Assembly: GCA_050291445.1 (NCBI GenBank)
Contig: JBNKJW010000091.1
Location: 1,659-65,658, forward strand
Length of the DNA stretch: 64,000 bases
Reading direction: 5' to 3'
From: Bacteroidales bacterium
GTDB lineage: Bacteria > Bacteroidota > Bacteroidia > Bacteroidales > NBLH01
Shown here: positions 53,509 to 63,063 of the stretch, piece by piece
Position numbering within the stretch: position 1 is the stretch's first letter
Layout of the letters: each line of letters begins with the position of its first letter
Made by a program: the position numbers and the translations under genes
The notes under the pieces: model-generated
The model's database searches: none
The model's input: only the letters and a program-made list of their open reading frames with translations
What the model was told of the DNA's origin: nothing

Positions 53509-54420
53509 ATGATACAGCAAGTTGCAATTATTGGCTCGGGCACTATGGGTAATGGCATCGCTCATGTTTTTGCCCAAAATGGATATAAAGTTGAACTAAT
53601 TGATGTTGATCAGCAAGCCTTGGTTAAAGCAATAAATACAATTGCAAAAAACCTGGATCGTATGATCAAAAAGGAAAAAATAACCGAAGAAGAAAAGCAA
53701 AAAACACTGGCAAATATTATCACTTTTTCGGGCAACGAAAAAGCATCGGCTATTGCTAAAGGTGCTGGCAATGCAGATTTGGTAATTGAGGCAGCTACTG
53801 AAAACCCCGAGGTGAAGTTTAAGATATTCAGCGAGTTAGATAAGGTTTGTAAAGAAGGTTGTATTTTAGCCACAAATACTTCTTCAATTTCTATCACTAA
53901 AATTGCAGCGCAAACCAAACGGCCAGAAAAGGTTATTGGGATGCATTTTATGAACCCTGTTCCCATCATGCAACTGGTTGAGGTTATTAGAGGGTATAAA
54001 ACTAGTGATGAGGTGACTCGGTTAATTATGGATACCTCAAAAAAACTGGGAAAAAAACCTGTTGAGGTGAATGATTTTCCAGGGTTTGTTTCAAACCGGA
54101 TTTTGATGCCCATGATAAATGAGGCCATCATTACACTTAACGAAGGGGTAGCAGGAGTAGAAGAAATTGACACTGTGATGAAACTTGGAATGGCCCATCC
54201 AATGGGACCATTGCAATTGGCAGACTTTATTGGCCTTGATGTTTGTTTATCAATTATGAATGTACTTTACGAAGGATTGGGTAATACGAAATATGCGCCA
54301 AGCCCCTTATTGATAAATATGGTAAGCGCTGGAAACCTGGGGGTAAAGTCGGGTGAAGGCTTTTATAGTTGGGGGCATGGAACCAAAGATTTAATTGTTT
54401 CAGATTACTTTAAAAAATAA
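53509..54420 (+). CDS. hbd: 3-hydroxybutyryl-CoA / 3-hydroxyacyl-CoA dehydrogenase
   Basis: 303 aa. VAIIGSGTMGNGIA Rossmann motif, plus the NTSS and GMHFMNPVP motifs. Confidence 0.9.
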   Translation: MIQQVAIIGSGTMGNGIAHVFAQNGYKVELIDVDQQALVKAINTIAKNLDRMIKKEKITEEEKQKTLANIITFSGNEKASAIAKGAGNADLVIEAATENPEVKFKIFSELDKVCKEGCILATNTSSISITKIAAQTKRPEKVIGMHFMNPVPIMQLVEVIRGYKTSDEVTRLIMDTSKKLGKKPVEVNDFPGFVSNRILMPMINEAIITLNEGVAGVEEIDTVMKLGMAHPMGPLQLADFIGLDVCLSIMNVLYEGLGNTKYAPSPLLINMVSAGNLGVKSGEGFYSWGHGTKDLIVSDYFKK

Positions 54421-54421
54421 T

Positions 54422-55042
54422 CTAAAGCATTCCATTTTCAATACGGATAACAATGTCTTCAATCATCCGATCATCGCCTTTGGCATCGTACTCCATTTTC
54501 AGATTTGAGCCAAATAGCCGGGCAACTGATTGCCAAAAAAACGCACTCAATGATCCTTTTAATTCTTTAACAATTTCATAAGTAGTGTTTCCGGTTTCTC
54601 GGTCTATTAGTTTTATTAAAATCTTGCCCTGTGTAAAAGTGAGTTTACGTAACTTGCCTTCAAATTCCTTTTTTAGGGCTTTTTCCTTTTGTTTTAAATA
54701 GAAACTTTTTTGTTTTTTAGTTTTGTATTGCTCAAGATCCTCATTGATGTCTTTTAGCTGTTCACTTACAATTTGCGAATAAGGATACACCTTTTTTACA
54801 TAAAGTACCAATCTTGAGTACCTTCTTTTCTGCCTTCGCGATTTAAATTTGTATGGAGGCCGTATAATAATTGCTCTAAGTGGCACATGAATTAATGTAT
54901 CATTTTCTTCAATTAAGGCCTGAACAAGGTAACCATCAATTAAACTTGGATCTTTAATTGTATCAATGCGAACAACTGTTTGCGATTGGGTTTGCAAACC
55001 TGATAAAATCACAATAATCAATAAAGACAGTTTTCTTAACAT
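54422..55042 (-). CDS. hypothetical secreted protein (possibly DUF4294-like)
   Basis: 206 aa with a signal peptide and a Lys/Arg-rich middle section. The family name is recalled with low certainty. Confidence 0.55.
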   Translation of the reverse strand: MLRKLSLLIIVILSGLQTQSQTVVRIDTIKDPSLIDGYLVQALIEENDTLIHVPLRAIIIRPPYKFKSRRQKRRYSRLVLYVKKVYPYSQIVSEQLKDINEDLEQYKTKKQKSFYLKQKEKALKKEFEGKLRKLTFTQGKILIKLIDRETGNTTYEIVKELKGSLSAFFWQSVARLFGSNLKMEYDAKGDDRMIEDIVIRIENGML

Positions 55043-55165
55043 CTAAAATTCTTTAAAACCTGACTACAACCTACTTTTGCAAAATTACAAAATTCAGCAA
55101 TTCATCAGATCTATTCTCTCCAGATAGTAACGTTAAATAACATTAAAAAATATATCATTCAAAAA

Positions 55166-56641
55166 TTAATTTGTCCTGCTAGTTCGCCAGGTGGCTTTCT
55201 TTTCTTTTTTTTCGGGTAATTTAGAAACTCGCTTATTTTCGTTAATCAGTTTGGCCATAATAATAGCTGCAATTTCCGAATTACCACTATCTGCTAATGA
55301 TTTTTCTGGGTCGAAATACTTTTGTACAAAGTGAGTATCGTAATCTCCTGAAACAAAGGCCTTGTGCTCCATTACAAATTTGCCAAAACTTAAAGTGCTT
55401 TCAATACCCGAAAATTTATATTCATCAATTGCTCTTTTCATTCTCACAATCGCTTTCTGGCGGGTTGGGGCGTAAACTATTAATTTTGAGATAATTGGGT
55501 CGTAATAAATTGGTATTTCAAGGCCATTATCGTAACCATCATCAATTCTGATACCAATGCCTCCTGGTCTTTTATAGTTTTTAAGAATACCAATATCGGG
55601 TAAAAAATTATTTTTTGGATCTTCGGCATACACCCGTAGTTCAATAGAATGCCCTTTTATTTTTAAATCATCCTGCAAAAAACTTAATTTATCACCCATA
55701 GCAACCTTTACCTGTTCTTTTACTAAATCTGTCCCTGTAATAAATTCAGTAACAGTGTGTTCCACTTGTAGCCGGGTATTCATTTCAAGAAAGTAAAATT
55801 GACCGTGATCATAAAGGAACTCAACCGTACCTGCACCCTCATAATTACATACTTTAGCTACTTTAACAGCAGTTTCAGTCATTTTTTTTCTGGTTTCTTC
55901 ATCCAATACGGTTGATGGGGCCTCTTCAATAACCTTTTGGTGCCTGCGCTGCACAGAGCATTCTCTTTCAAATAAATGGACAACATTTCCGTGCTGGTCT
56001 GCAAGTATCTGAACCTCAATGTGGCGCGGCGAAGCTATGTATTTTTCTATGAATACAGAACCATCTCCAAAAGCAGATTTTGCCTCGCTAATAGCTTGTT
56101 GTATTTGTTCCTCAAATTCATTTTCCGATTGCACAATCTTCATCCCTTTTCCACCACCACCAGCTGCAGCTTTTATTAAAACCGGAAAACCAATTTTGGT
56201 AGCAATATCTTTTGCTTCTTTACTATCAACAACGGCTTTTTCGGTACCTGGAACCATAGGTATACCAAAGTTCTTTAAAGTAGCTTTTGCTGCAAGCTTG
56301 TTACCCATCAACTTAATAGTTTCTGTACTGGGACCTATAAATTTAATGCCTGCATCTGTCACCTTACGTGCAAACTCCTCATTTTCAGACAAAAATCCGT
56401 AACCAGGGTGAATTGCATCAACATTGAGTTTTAAGGCAATTTCAATGATTTTTTCACCATTTAAATAAGATTCTGAGGAAGGGGCCGGGCCAATACAAAC
56501 CGACTCATTGGCATAAATGGTATGTGGCATTAACCTGTCTGCTTCAGAAAAAACAGCCACTGTTTTTATTCCCATTTCTTTTATCGAACGCATTATCCGC
56601 AAGGCAATTTCGCCTCTGTTAGCAATAAGTATCTTTTTCAT
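55166..56641 (-). CDS. accC: biotin carboxylase subunit of an acyl-CoA carboxylase
   Basis: 491 aa. ATP-grasp motifs GGGGKGM and EMNTRLQVEH. No accB or carboxyltransferase gene is adjacent in the window. Confidence 0.9.
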   Translation of the reverse strand: MKKILIANRGEIALRIMRSIKEMGIKTVAVFSEADRLMPHTIYANESVCIGPAPSSESYLNGEKIIEIALKLNVDAIHPGYGFLSENEEFARKVTDAGIKFIGPSTETIKLMGNKLAAKATLKNFGIPMVPGTEKAVVDSKEAKDIATKIGFPVLIKAAAGGGGKGMKIVQSENEFEEQIQQAISEAKSAFGDGSVFIEKYIASPRHIEVQILADQHGNVVHLFERECSVQRRHQKVIEEAPSTVLDEETRKKMTETAVKVAKVCNYEGAGTVEFLYDHGQFYFLEMNTRLQVEHTVTEFITGTDLVKEQVKVAMGDKLSFLQDDLKIKGHSIELRVYAEDPKNNFLPDIGILKNYKRPGGIGIRIDDGYDNGLEIPIYYDPIISKLIVYAPTRQKAIVRMKRAIDEYKFSGIESTLSFGKFVMEHKAFVSGDYDTHFVQKYFDPEKSLADSGNSEIAAIIMAKLINENKRVSKLPEKKEKKATWRTSRTN

Positions 56642-56722
56642 TTACAATAAATTGGTTAGGTTAAGTGCCTTAAAGTTAATGAAAAGCATAAAATAAGCAA
56701 ACTGGTAATTCAAAGTAAAAAG

Positions 56723-57628
56723 CTAGCGGGTTAGAGCTTTCATTGTTTCTTCAATGTCTCTTGGAGTTTTGTATATTTTTCGGTATTCTGTCATCGACAA
56801 GTCCGACCAGTACAATGGGAACCTATATTTACCGTGCAATATGGTTGCAGAATTTCCTATCAAAACAAGCTCATAAGGCAATGCAGCAAGGTGCGATTTA
56901 CCCAGTTTCTCAAGAAAATTGGCTTCGCCTGTTCTAATGTCTTGCAGTCCAATTCCAAAAACAGCTATTTCACGCTCTTTAAAGACCAACTCATACACTT
57001 TGAAAGCGCCATCTTTTCTTGCCTGTAAATTTTTTCTAATAGTTTCAACCCCATTTTCAAAGGAACTAAATTGGATTAACTCAATAGCATCATCAAAACT
57101 AGGGTTACGAACAAGAAACCTGAATTCTTTAAGTTCCCTTTCTGTTAAACTACTGGTAATAAATGGTGTAAATTCTGAACTGATTTTGAACAATGCAATT
57201 TTAATATCTAAAGAAATTTGATTGAGTTCAATTTCGTATTTTTTTACATCATCCCTAAGGTAGGCATAAAATAAATATTCAGGATTTAAAAGGCTAACTT
57301 CAACTTTATTGCCTTTTTGAATTAGCCCAATTCGCATAACAGCAGCCATAACACCTCTGCCACCAGTTTTAAGAGTTAAATCAATTAAATCTTGTCGTGT
57401 ATAGGTAATGACCAGAAGGTTATTATCTTTAGCGGGGTGGTAACTTCCAATAACCTCAAAGCTGTCAGCTTTTAAGGCATTTTCAATTTTAATTTTTACT
57501 TCATCTATACTGCCTTTGTGCGTGCCTAATTTATAGAAAGCTACAAGGCCACCATCAGCAAATGCCATTGATGATGAGATGGTTAAGCAGAAAATAATGG
57601 AAAATATTTTGTGCGAAATTGGATTCAT
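56723..57628 (-). CDS. hypothetical secreted protein
   Basis: 301 aa with a signal peptide. I recognise no motif. Confidence 0.55.
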   Translation of the reverse strand: MNPISHKIFSIIFCLTISSSMAFADGGLVAFYKLGTHKGSIDEVKIKIENALKADSFEVIGSYHPAKDNNLLVITYTRQDLIDLTLKTGGRGVMAAVMRIGLIQKGNKVEVSLLNPEYLFYAYLRDDVKKYEIELNQISLDIKIALFKISSEFTPFITSSLTERELKEFRFLVRNPSFDDAIELIQFSSFENGVETIRKNLQARKDGAFKVYELVFKEREIAVFGIGLQDIRTGEANFLEKLGKSHLAALPYELVLIGNSATILHGKYRFPLYWSDLSMTEYRKIYKTPRDIEETMKALTR

Positions 57629-57912
57629 TTATGATTTTCTCCCCCAAATTTGGATTTGTCTAAATTAACTAAAATTGTAACTAAATTACAATATTGTGGA
57701 CTATTTTCCACAAATTTCATATAAAAATAGACTGTTTTAACTTTTTGTAGTATCAACAAACAATTTGTAAAGATAAAATTATTAATATTCTATTTTATGC
57801 CTGTTACAAACATTAATTTGAGGGGTAAGTGTTTATTTTTGACTAATGAATTTAACCAATAACCCTCTTTTGAAATTTTATTTATAAATTTACTCCGATT
57901 TTTTTTCTGTGA

Positions 57913-58971
57913 ATGACTAATTTTATGGTTGGCTATAAATTTTCTTTTTTGCTATTGCTGTTCCTATCTGCAATAACAATAAATGCCCAAAAACTCTTGT
58001 CAGAGGAGGAATTGGAGCAAACAGAAGTATATAGTAGCCTTGATGAAGCATTTCAGAATCCTGAAAAGGTTTACCAGCTAGATCTTTTAACAAGTGATTT
58101 AAAACAGCTACCATCATCTATAAGCAAATTAAAAAAACTGCAACGACTTTTCTTGTACGAGAATCAGTTAACCGAACTTCCACCAGAAATTGGGGAGTTA
58201 ACTAATTTACAGGAGTTGTACCTGGATGGTAATTCGCTGAAAAAATTGCCGCCGGAAATTGGAAAACTGAAAAACCTGATAATCCTTGGATTGCATGGCA
58301 ATAAAATTGTCAGCCTTCCTCCGGAAATAGCTGGGTTAGTATCTCTGGAGGTATTGTATCTTACTGAAAATCAGTTGTCTGTCCTACCAAAGGAGATCGG
58401 TAAATTACAAAGACTAGAGAGCCTCGATTTAGCCTATAATAAATTGGTTAATTTGCCTAAAGAAATTGGCAAACTTGGTAAGCTTAAAGAGTTATTTCTG
58501 ACAGCAAATATGATAAAACAAATCCCAAAAGAACTAGGCAAGTTAAAAGAGCTGGAGAAATTTTATTTGGACGACAATAAACTGCTTCAGGTGCCTATTG
58601 AAATAGGCGAGCTTAAAAAACTTAAGCAATTAGGATTGGCAAATAACAATTTAACATCAATACCTAGCTCGCTTGGTCAACTAAAAAAACTTGAAAGTCT
58701 TTACCTGTCTGGTAATCAGCTACGTAGGCTGCCTGTTGATGTGGGCAGGTTAGAGAACTTGCAAAATTTATTTTTATCAGACAATTTTTTGCTAAGTTTA
58801 CCTAAAGAAATGGGGCAGCTAAAAAAACTTAAGGAGTTGAACTTGTATAATAATAAATTGACCTACTTGCCTAATGAGTTTTCTCAACTGGTGAGTTTAG
58901 AAAATTTGGGTATTGGAAAAAATGATTTAAAAACCCTTCCAGGAAAGCTTAGTGAGATTAACGTCTATTAA
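57913..58971 (+). CDS. leucine-rich repeat protein (secreted)
   Basis: 352 aa. Signal peptide, then about 12 consecutive 23-residue LRRs (LxxLxLxxNxLxxLPxEIGxLxx). Confidence 0.9.
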   Translation: MTNFMVGYKFSFLLLLFLSAITINAQKLLSEEELEQTEVYSSLDEAFQNPEKVYQLDLLTSDLKQLPSSISKLKKLQRLFLYENQLTELPPEIGELTNLQELYLDGNSLKKLPPEIGKLKNLIILGLHGNKIVSLPPEIAGLVSLEVLYLTENQLSVLPKEIGKLQRLESLDLAYNKLVNLPKEIGKLGKLKELFLTANMIKQIPKELGKLKELEKFYLDDNKLLQVPIEIGELKKLKQLGLANNNLTSIPSSLGQLKKLESLYLSGNQLRRLPVDVGRLENLQNLFLSDNFLLSLPKEMGQLKKLKELNLYNNKLTYLPNEFSQLVSLENLGIGKNDLKTLPGKLSEINVY

Positions 58972-59114
58972 AGTAAACCTCTTTCCTTCTATTTTCTAGA
59001 AAATTGAACCATTTTTAAAAACATTATTTTGTTTTAGAAATTTTATTAATTTTACTGAAAGGATTTTTGATTAGAAACTTCATTAATATCAATTTTTAAA
59101 GGTAGCTATTTTTA

Positions 59115-59957
59115 ATGCAGGTAACGCAAGAAGATATACAAAGGGTAATTACAGCAATAAGAAGTAGTTCTACTTATGATTTTAGGAATTATTCAATTAA
59201 ATCATTTACTCGAAGAATTGAAAAAGCGCTTTTCGATTTTAAACTGAATATAACAAGCTTAATAACAAAGATAAAGTCGGAACCTAAATTTATTGAAAGC
59301 CTTGTTAAAAATATTACCGTAAACACTACCGAATTATTTCGCGATCCTAAAGCCTGGCAAACCCTTAGGTATAGAATCTTAAATCAGTTTAGCGAGAATA
59401 GGAAGATCAATATCTGGCATGCAGGTTGTTCTACCGGACAAGAGGTTTACTCAATGTTGATTCTATTGAATGAATTAGGAATGCTTGAGAAAGCTAATGT
59501 TTTTGCTACTGATATTAATGAAGATGTGCTGAAATCTGCAAAAAAAGGTGAGTATACCTACAGGTTTAATCTTGAATATTTCGAAAACTTTAATAAGGTA
59601 GTTCGCGAAAATCCTTTTAATTATGAACTTTATAATGAAGTACCATATTCAAGGTATTTTGAAATTGATAAAGTGAATGATTCAATCAAAGTTCATGAGT
59701 TTTTGCGGAAAAAACCGGTTTGGTTAAAGCACGATCTTGTAAATGAAGGAAATGTTTTCAATACAAAGTTTGATTTGATAATGTGCAGGAATGTATTGAT
59801 TTATTTTAATACAGATTTGCAGTCGCATGTTTTTGAGACTTTTTACCATAGTTTATTTAGAAAAGCGGTATTAATGATAGGAATTCATGAAAGTATAATT
59901 GGATCAATGGCTAATAATTTTAATAAATCGGGTTTAATTTATTTAAGAAAAGATTGA
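59115..59957 (+). CDS. cheR: CheR-type protein-glutamate O-methyltransferase
   Basis: 280 aa. TELFRDP, SAM motif IWHAGCSTGQEVYS, and CRNVLIYF. Confidence 0.85.
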   Translation: MQVTQEDIQRVITAIRSSSTYDFRNYSIKSFTRRIEKALFDFKLNITSLITKIKSEPKFIESLVKNITVNTTELFRDPKAWQTLRYRILNQFSENRKINIWHAGCSTGQEVYSMLILLNELGMLEKANVFATDINEDVLKSAKKGEYTYRFNLEYFENFNKVVRENPFNYELYNEVPYSRYFEIDKVNDSIKVHEFLRKKPVWLKHDLVNEGNVFNTKFDLIMCRNVLIYFNTDLQSHVFETFYHSLFRKAVLMIGIHESIIGSMANNFNKSGLIYLRKD

Positions 59958-59958
59958 T

Positions 59959-60792
59959 TTGAGTCTTAAAAAAGTTATATTAGGTATATCAGATGTAAAA
60001 AGCCTATTTCAGGCTGTAAAAACAAGTCAATCAATAGATTTTTCGAACTATGCCCTTAGTTCTTTAAAACGGCGGGTAGAAAAATTTATGGATAGTTATT
60101 TTCTTTCAAACATCGACGAGCTAATCAACAGGTTAAGTAAGGATAATATTTTTTTTGGAATGTTTTTACAAGCTATTCTTGTTGAGGAGACTGAAATGTT
60201 TAGGGATCCTGAGTTTTGGAGCGAGCTAAAAAATATTGTACTGAAAAAGTACAGGTATGCCACAGAAATAAAAATATGGTTACCGGACATTAATTCAGGT
60301 GAAGAATTGTATTCGTTACAAATTATTTTAGAGCAATTAAACCTGGCTGAAAAAACAACAGTTTTTGTCAGTACACTGAGCAGTTTAAATGCCGAAAAGA
60401 TTAAAAAGGCTGTTTTCGATCAGAAAAAAATGGAAATTAACATTGCTAATTTCGAACGTTTTGAGGAAGGAGCTAATTTGAATGAATATTTCCAGCAAAA
60501 AGGAACTATTTCCGAACTTAATGTTAATTTTCAGTCTAAGTTAGTAGTTGAACAGCATAACCTTTTCAATGATAGGGAGTTAGGTGTGTTTGATCTTGTG
60601 CTTTTCAGAAACAAGATGTTATATTATAACCCACAATTGAGATTTGATGCCCTAAAAATAATTACATCCTGTATTAGACCAGGAGGATATATTGCTGTAG
60701 GAATAAAAGAATTGCTTGACTACCCCTTATGGGAAAATGATTATATTGTTTTAAGCGACTCGGAAAAAATATATAAGAAAATATTGAAATAA
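59959..60792 (+). CDS. CheR-like paralog with a degenerate SAM-binding motif I
   Basis: 277 aa. The TTG start is 1 nt after the cheR stop. It is supported by N-domain similarity upstream of the first ATG (SIDFSNYALSSLKRRVEKFM against STYDFRNYSIKSFTRRIEKAL). TEMFRDP is present. IWLPDINSGEELYS replaces AGCSTGEE. Confidence 0.75.
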   Translation: MSLKKVILGISDVKSLFQAVKTSQSIDFSNYALSSLKRRVEKFMDSYFLSNIDELINRLSKDNIFFGMFLQAILVEETEMFRDPEFWSELKNIVLKKYRYATEIKIWLPDINSGEELYSLQIILEQLNLAEKTTVFVSTLSSLNAEKIKKAVFDQKKMEINIANFERFEEGANLNEYFQQKGTISELNVNFQSKLVVEQHNLFNDRELGVFDLVLFRNKMLYYNPQLRFDALKIITSCIRPGGYIAVGIKELLDYPLWENDYIVLSDSEKIYKKILK

Positions 60793-60811
60793 TTAAGGAA
60801 GTATAACTTTA

Positions 60812-61378
60812 ATGGCATACAAATACATAATTATAGGAGGATCGGCAGGAAGCTTTCAAACTGTTACAAACATACTTGCCTCTTTACCGGCAGGTTTTCC
60901 ATATCCTGTTTTTTTGTGTCTTCATCGATTAAAACATGTGCGGACTGGCTTTGTTGAAGCTTTATCGATTAAATCAAGCATAAAAGTTGTTGAGCCAAAT
61001 GATAAGGAATTTATTCGCCAAAACAAGGCCTACTTAGCCCCGGCTAATTATCATATGTACTTTGAATTGGGTAACCATATTGCATTATCTACCGAGGAGG
61101 CTGTTAACCATTCTCGCCCATCTATTGATATTTCTTTTGCTTCGGCAGCATATACCTACAAATCAAAATTAATTGGCATAATTTTATCTGGTGCTAATAA
61201 AGATGGTGCATTTGGTTTAAGCCAGGTAAAAGAAAATGGTGGCCTGACTATTGTACAGGATCCAGAAGAATGCCAGGTGAGGACAATGACAAGTGCAGCA
61301 ATTAGTGCAACTAATGTTGATCATGTGTTTAACGTTGAAAAGATTATTGAGTTTTTACTTAAAATGGGAAGTAAGTAG
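60812..61378 (+). CDS. cheB: CheB-type protein-glutamate methylesterase, catalytic domain only (no receiver domain)
   Basis: 188 aa. GGSAGS (Ser), LCLHRL (His) and SGANKDGA (Asp) are in the expected order. Confidence 0.85.
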   Translation: MAYKYIIIGGSAGSFQTVTNILASLPAGFPYPVFLCLHRLKHVRTGFVEALSIKSSIKVVEPNDKEFIRQNKAYLAPANYHMYFELGNHIALSTEEAVNHSRPSIDISFASAAYTYKSKLIGIILSGANKDGAFGLSQVKENGGLTIVQDPEECQVRTMTSAAISATNVDHVFNVEKIIEFLLKMGSK

Positions 61379-61421
61379 GCAATTTACAATTTGGCTAATT
61401 CTTGAAGATTATATAAAGACA

Positions 61422-62231
61422 ATGAAGAAAAACAGAATTAAGATAGCAGCTATTCTTCTTTTTATTTTGCAATTGGCCCTTGGGGTGAAATCCTTTCTGA
61501 TTGTGAGAAAGATAGCAATGATTGAAACACTTGCAGAGCTTACAACTGTGGACAGGTTGCTGTTATTTGCAGGATTTTTAGCGGGCGTTTTAATTTCATT
61601 GGTATTGATAATTTTGGTTTTTAGCTCTTTTGCCAACGTTGAAAGTAGTACTAGTAGTACCGAAGAAGAAAAAAAGATGGAAAAGAAGCGAAAAGCTAAA
61701 AAGAAAGGTGAAAAGGAGGAAGTTAATGAAACGAGCTATGAAAACAAGCAAGTTCTTGAAAAACTCAACCTTGAACTTTCTGATATTGACCAAGTTGATA
61801 AGCTTTCGGAAAAAATATTGATCAATATTTCAAAGGTGTATGATATTATGCAGGGAGTTTTCTTTGTGAAAGATCCAGCAGATAAAGTATTTCGCAAAGC
61901 TGGAGCATATGCATATTACAACGAGGATGAACTACGAGAGTTTACAGAGGAAGTTGGACTTTCTGGTCAGGTAGCTGTAAACAAAAAACTATTGAATATC
62001 TCAAACATTCCTGAAAAATATATTACGGTGCTTTCAGGTTTGGGAAAATCATCGCCAGCAAATCTTTTAATCATACCTGTTGTTTATAATGATGAATCGA
62101 TAGGAATAATTGAACTGGCATCATTTAAAAAATTTGATTCTTTTGCCGAGGAGACTTTAACTGATTTTACCAATCAGATTAGTGGAAAGTTATCTGAACT
62201 AAATAAACCTGCCGAGCTTTCAACTAAATAA
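61422..62231 (+). CDS. membrane-anchored GAF-domain protein
   Basis: The start is taken at the ATG at 61422 (MKKNRIK). The track start at 61293 overlaps cheB. Two TM helices, a Glu/Lys-rich linker (SSTEEEKKMEKKRKAKKKGEKEE) and a C-terminal GAF-like domain (GLSGQVAVNKK...LIIPVVYNDESIGIIELASF). Confidence 0.75.
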   Translation: MKKNRIKIAAILLFILQLALGVKSFLIVRKIAMIETLAELTTVDRLLLFAGFLAGVLISLVLIILVFSSFANVESSTSSTEEEKKMEKKRKAKKKGEKEEVNETSYENKQVLEKLNLELSDIDQVDKLSEKILINISKVYDIMQGVFFVKDPADKVFRKAGAYAYYNEDELREFTEEVGLSGQVAVNKKLLNISNIPEKYITVLSGLGKSSPANLLIIPVVYNDESIGIIELASFKKFDSFAEETLTDFTNQISGKLSELNKPAELSTK

Positions 62232-62886
62232 ATTCTTTTAAGGCACCAAATATTACAATTGCATAAAGATAAAATCTGATATATCTTGTTAGCCCATAAA
62301 GCATGAAGGTTTTAAAAGGGTATTTGACTATTCCTGCAGCAGTACTTATCATAGCAAAAGGCAATGGAAACAAGGCCGCCATTATTATTACCAGCCCTCC
62401 CCATTTTTCTATCATATCAAAGTTTTTTTCGTATCTTTTTTTTATGTGTTCCTTAACCTTTTTTGATCTTCGCGTAAACCTGCCCAAGTAGTAGGCAGTA
62501 ATGCCACCAATGTAAGATATTGTTGCTAAGATGGTTACAAGAACATATGGGTGCTCAGGGAAACGTGCTTTTGACCAGACAATAAAAATGTCGGGAGGTA
62601 TCATTCCCATAAATGATTCTGTAGCATAGAAAAACAAGAACACATAAATGGGTTTTAAGTGGTTTACAAAATTTTTGATTACTTCTTGTTGGTGTTTTAA
62701 GTCAAATATCCAATCAAGAATAAAAATGGCCAAAACAATTCCAACAAGTATAAGTATCAGCTTTAGGAAATTTTTGCCTAAAAAGCTGTATAGCCCAATT
62801 CGTTTATTCCATTTATGTTGTATTCGAAACCGTTCTTTCGTAGTCCTTCGTCTCAAATTGTCAGTAGCGTTATTCGCTTTATTCAT
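62224..62886 (-). CDS. DedA/YqaA-like (VTT-domain) membrane protein
   Basis: 220 aa, polytopic. Pattern ESFMGMIPPDIF...GGITAYYLGR. It overlaps the GAF gene convergently by 8 nt. Confidence 0.55.
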   Translation of the reverse strand: MNKANNATDNLRRRTTKERFRIQHKWNKRIGLYSFLGKNFLKLILILVGIVLAIFILDWIFDLKHQQEVIKNFVNHLKPIYVFLFFYATESFMGMIPPDIFIVWSKARFPEHPYVLVTILATISYIGGITAYYLGRFTRRSKKVKEHIKKRYEKNFDMIEKWGGLVIIMAALFPLPFAMISTAAGIVKYPFKTFMLYGLTRYIRFYLYAIVIFGALKEFI

Positions 62887-63063
62887 CAGTATTTTACAAA
62901 TATTTTGAAGCAGACAGCAAAGTTAGTTATTAATTATTAGCTTTTAATTATCTGCTAATATTTTTTAACATATCTTAATTTTATTAATTTCACTTCAGAA
63001 AGAATAATTAAGCTTTTACAATAGAGTACAAAAATTCTTTATAAACAATACCATAGTTTTTTT

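Noticed and set aside
57913-58971. Periodicity of about 69 nt in the DNA, as a possible tandem repeat or CRISPR-like array
   Set aside because: The periodicity is the 23-residue leucine-rich-repeat unit of one continuous 352-aa ORF with a signal peptide.
61293-61421. The upstream start at 61293 for the GAF protein, and the upstream starts at 46186, 42721, 27875 and 20186 for their genes
   Set aside because: These extensions overlap the preceding gene or a promoter box and add non-homologous residues. Downstream ATGs give canonical N-termini, for example [14 protein letters not shown] for L21.
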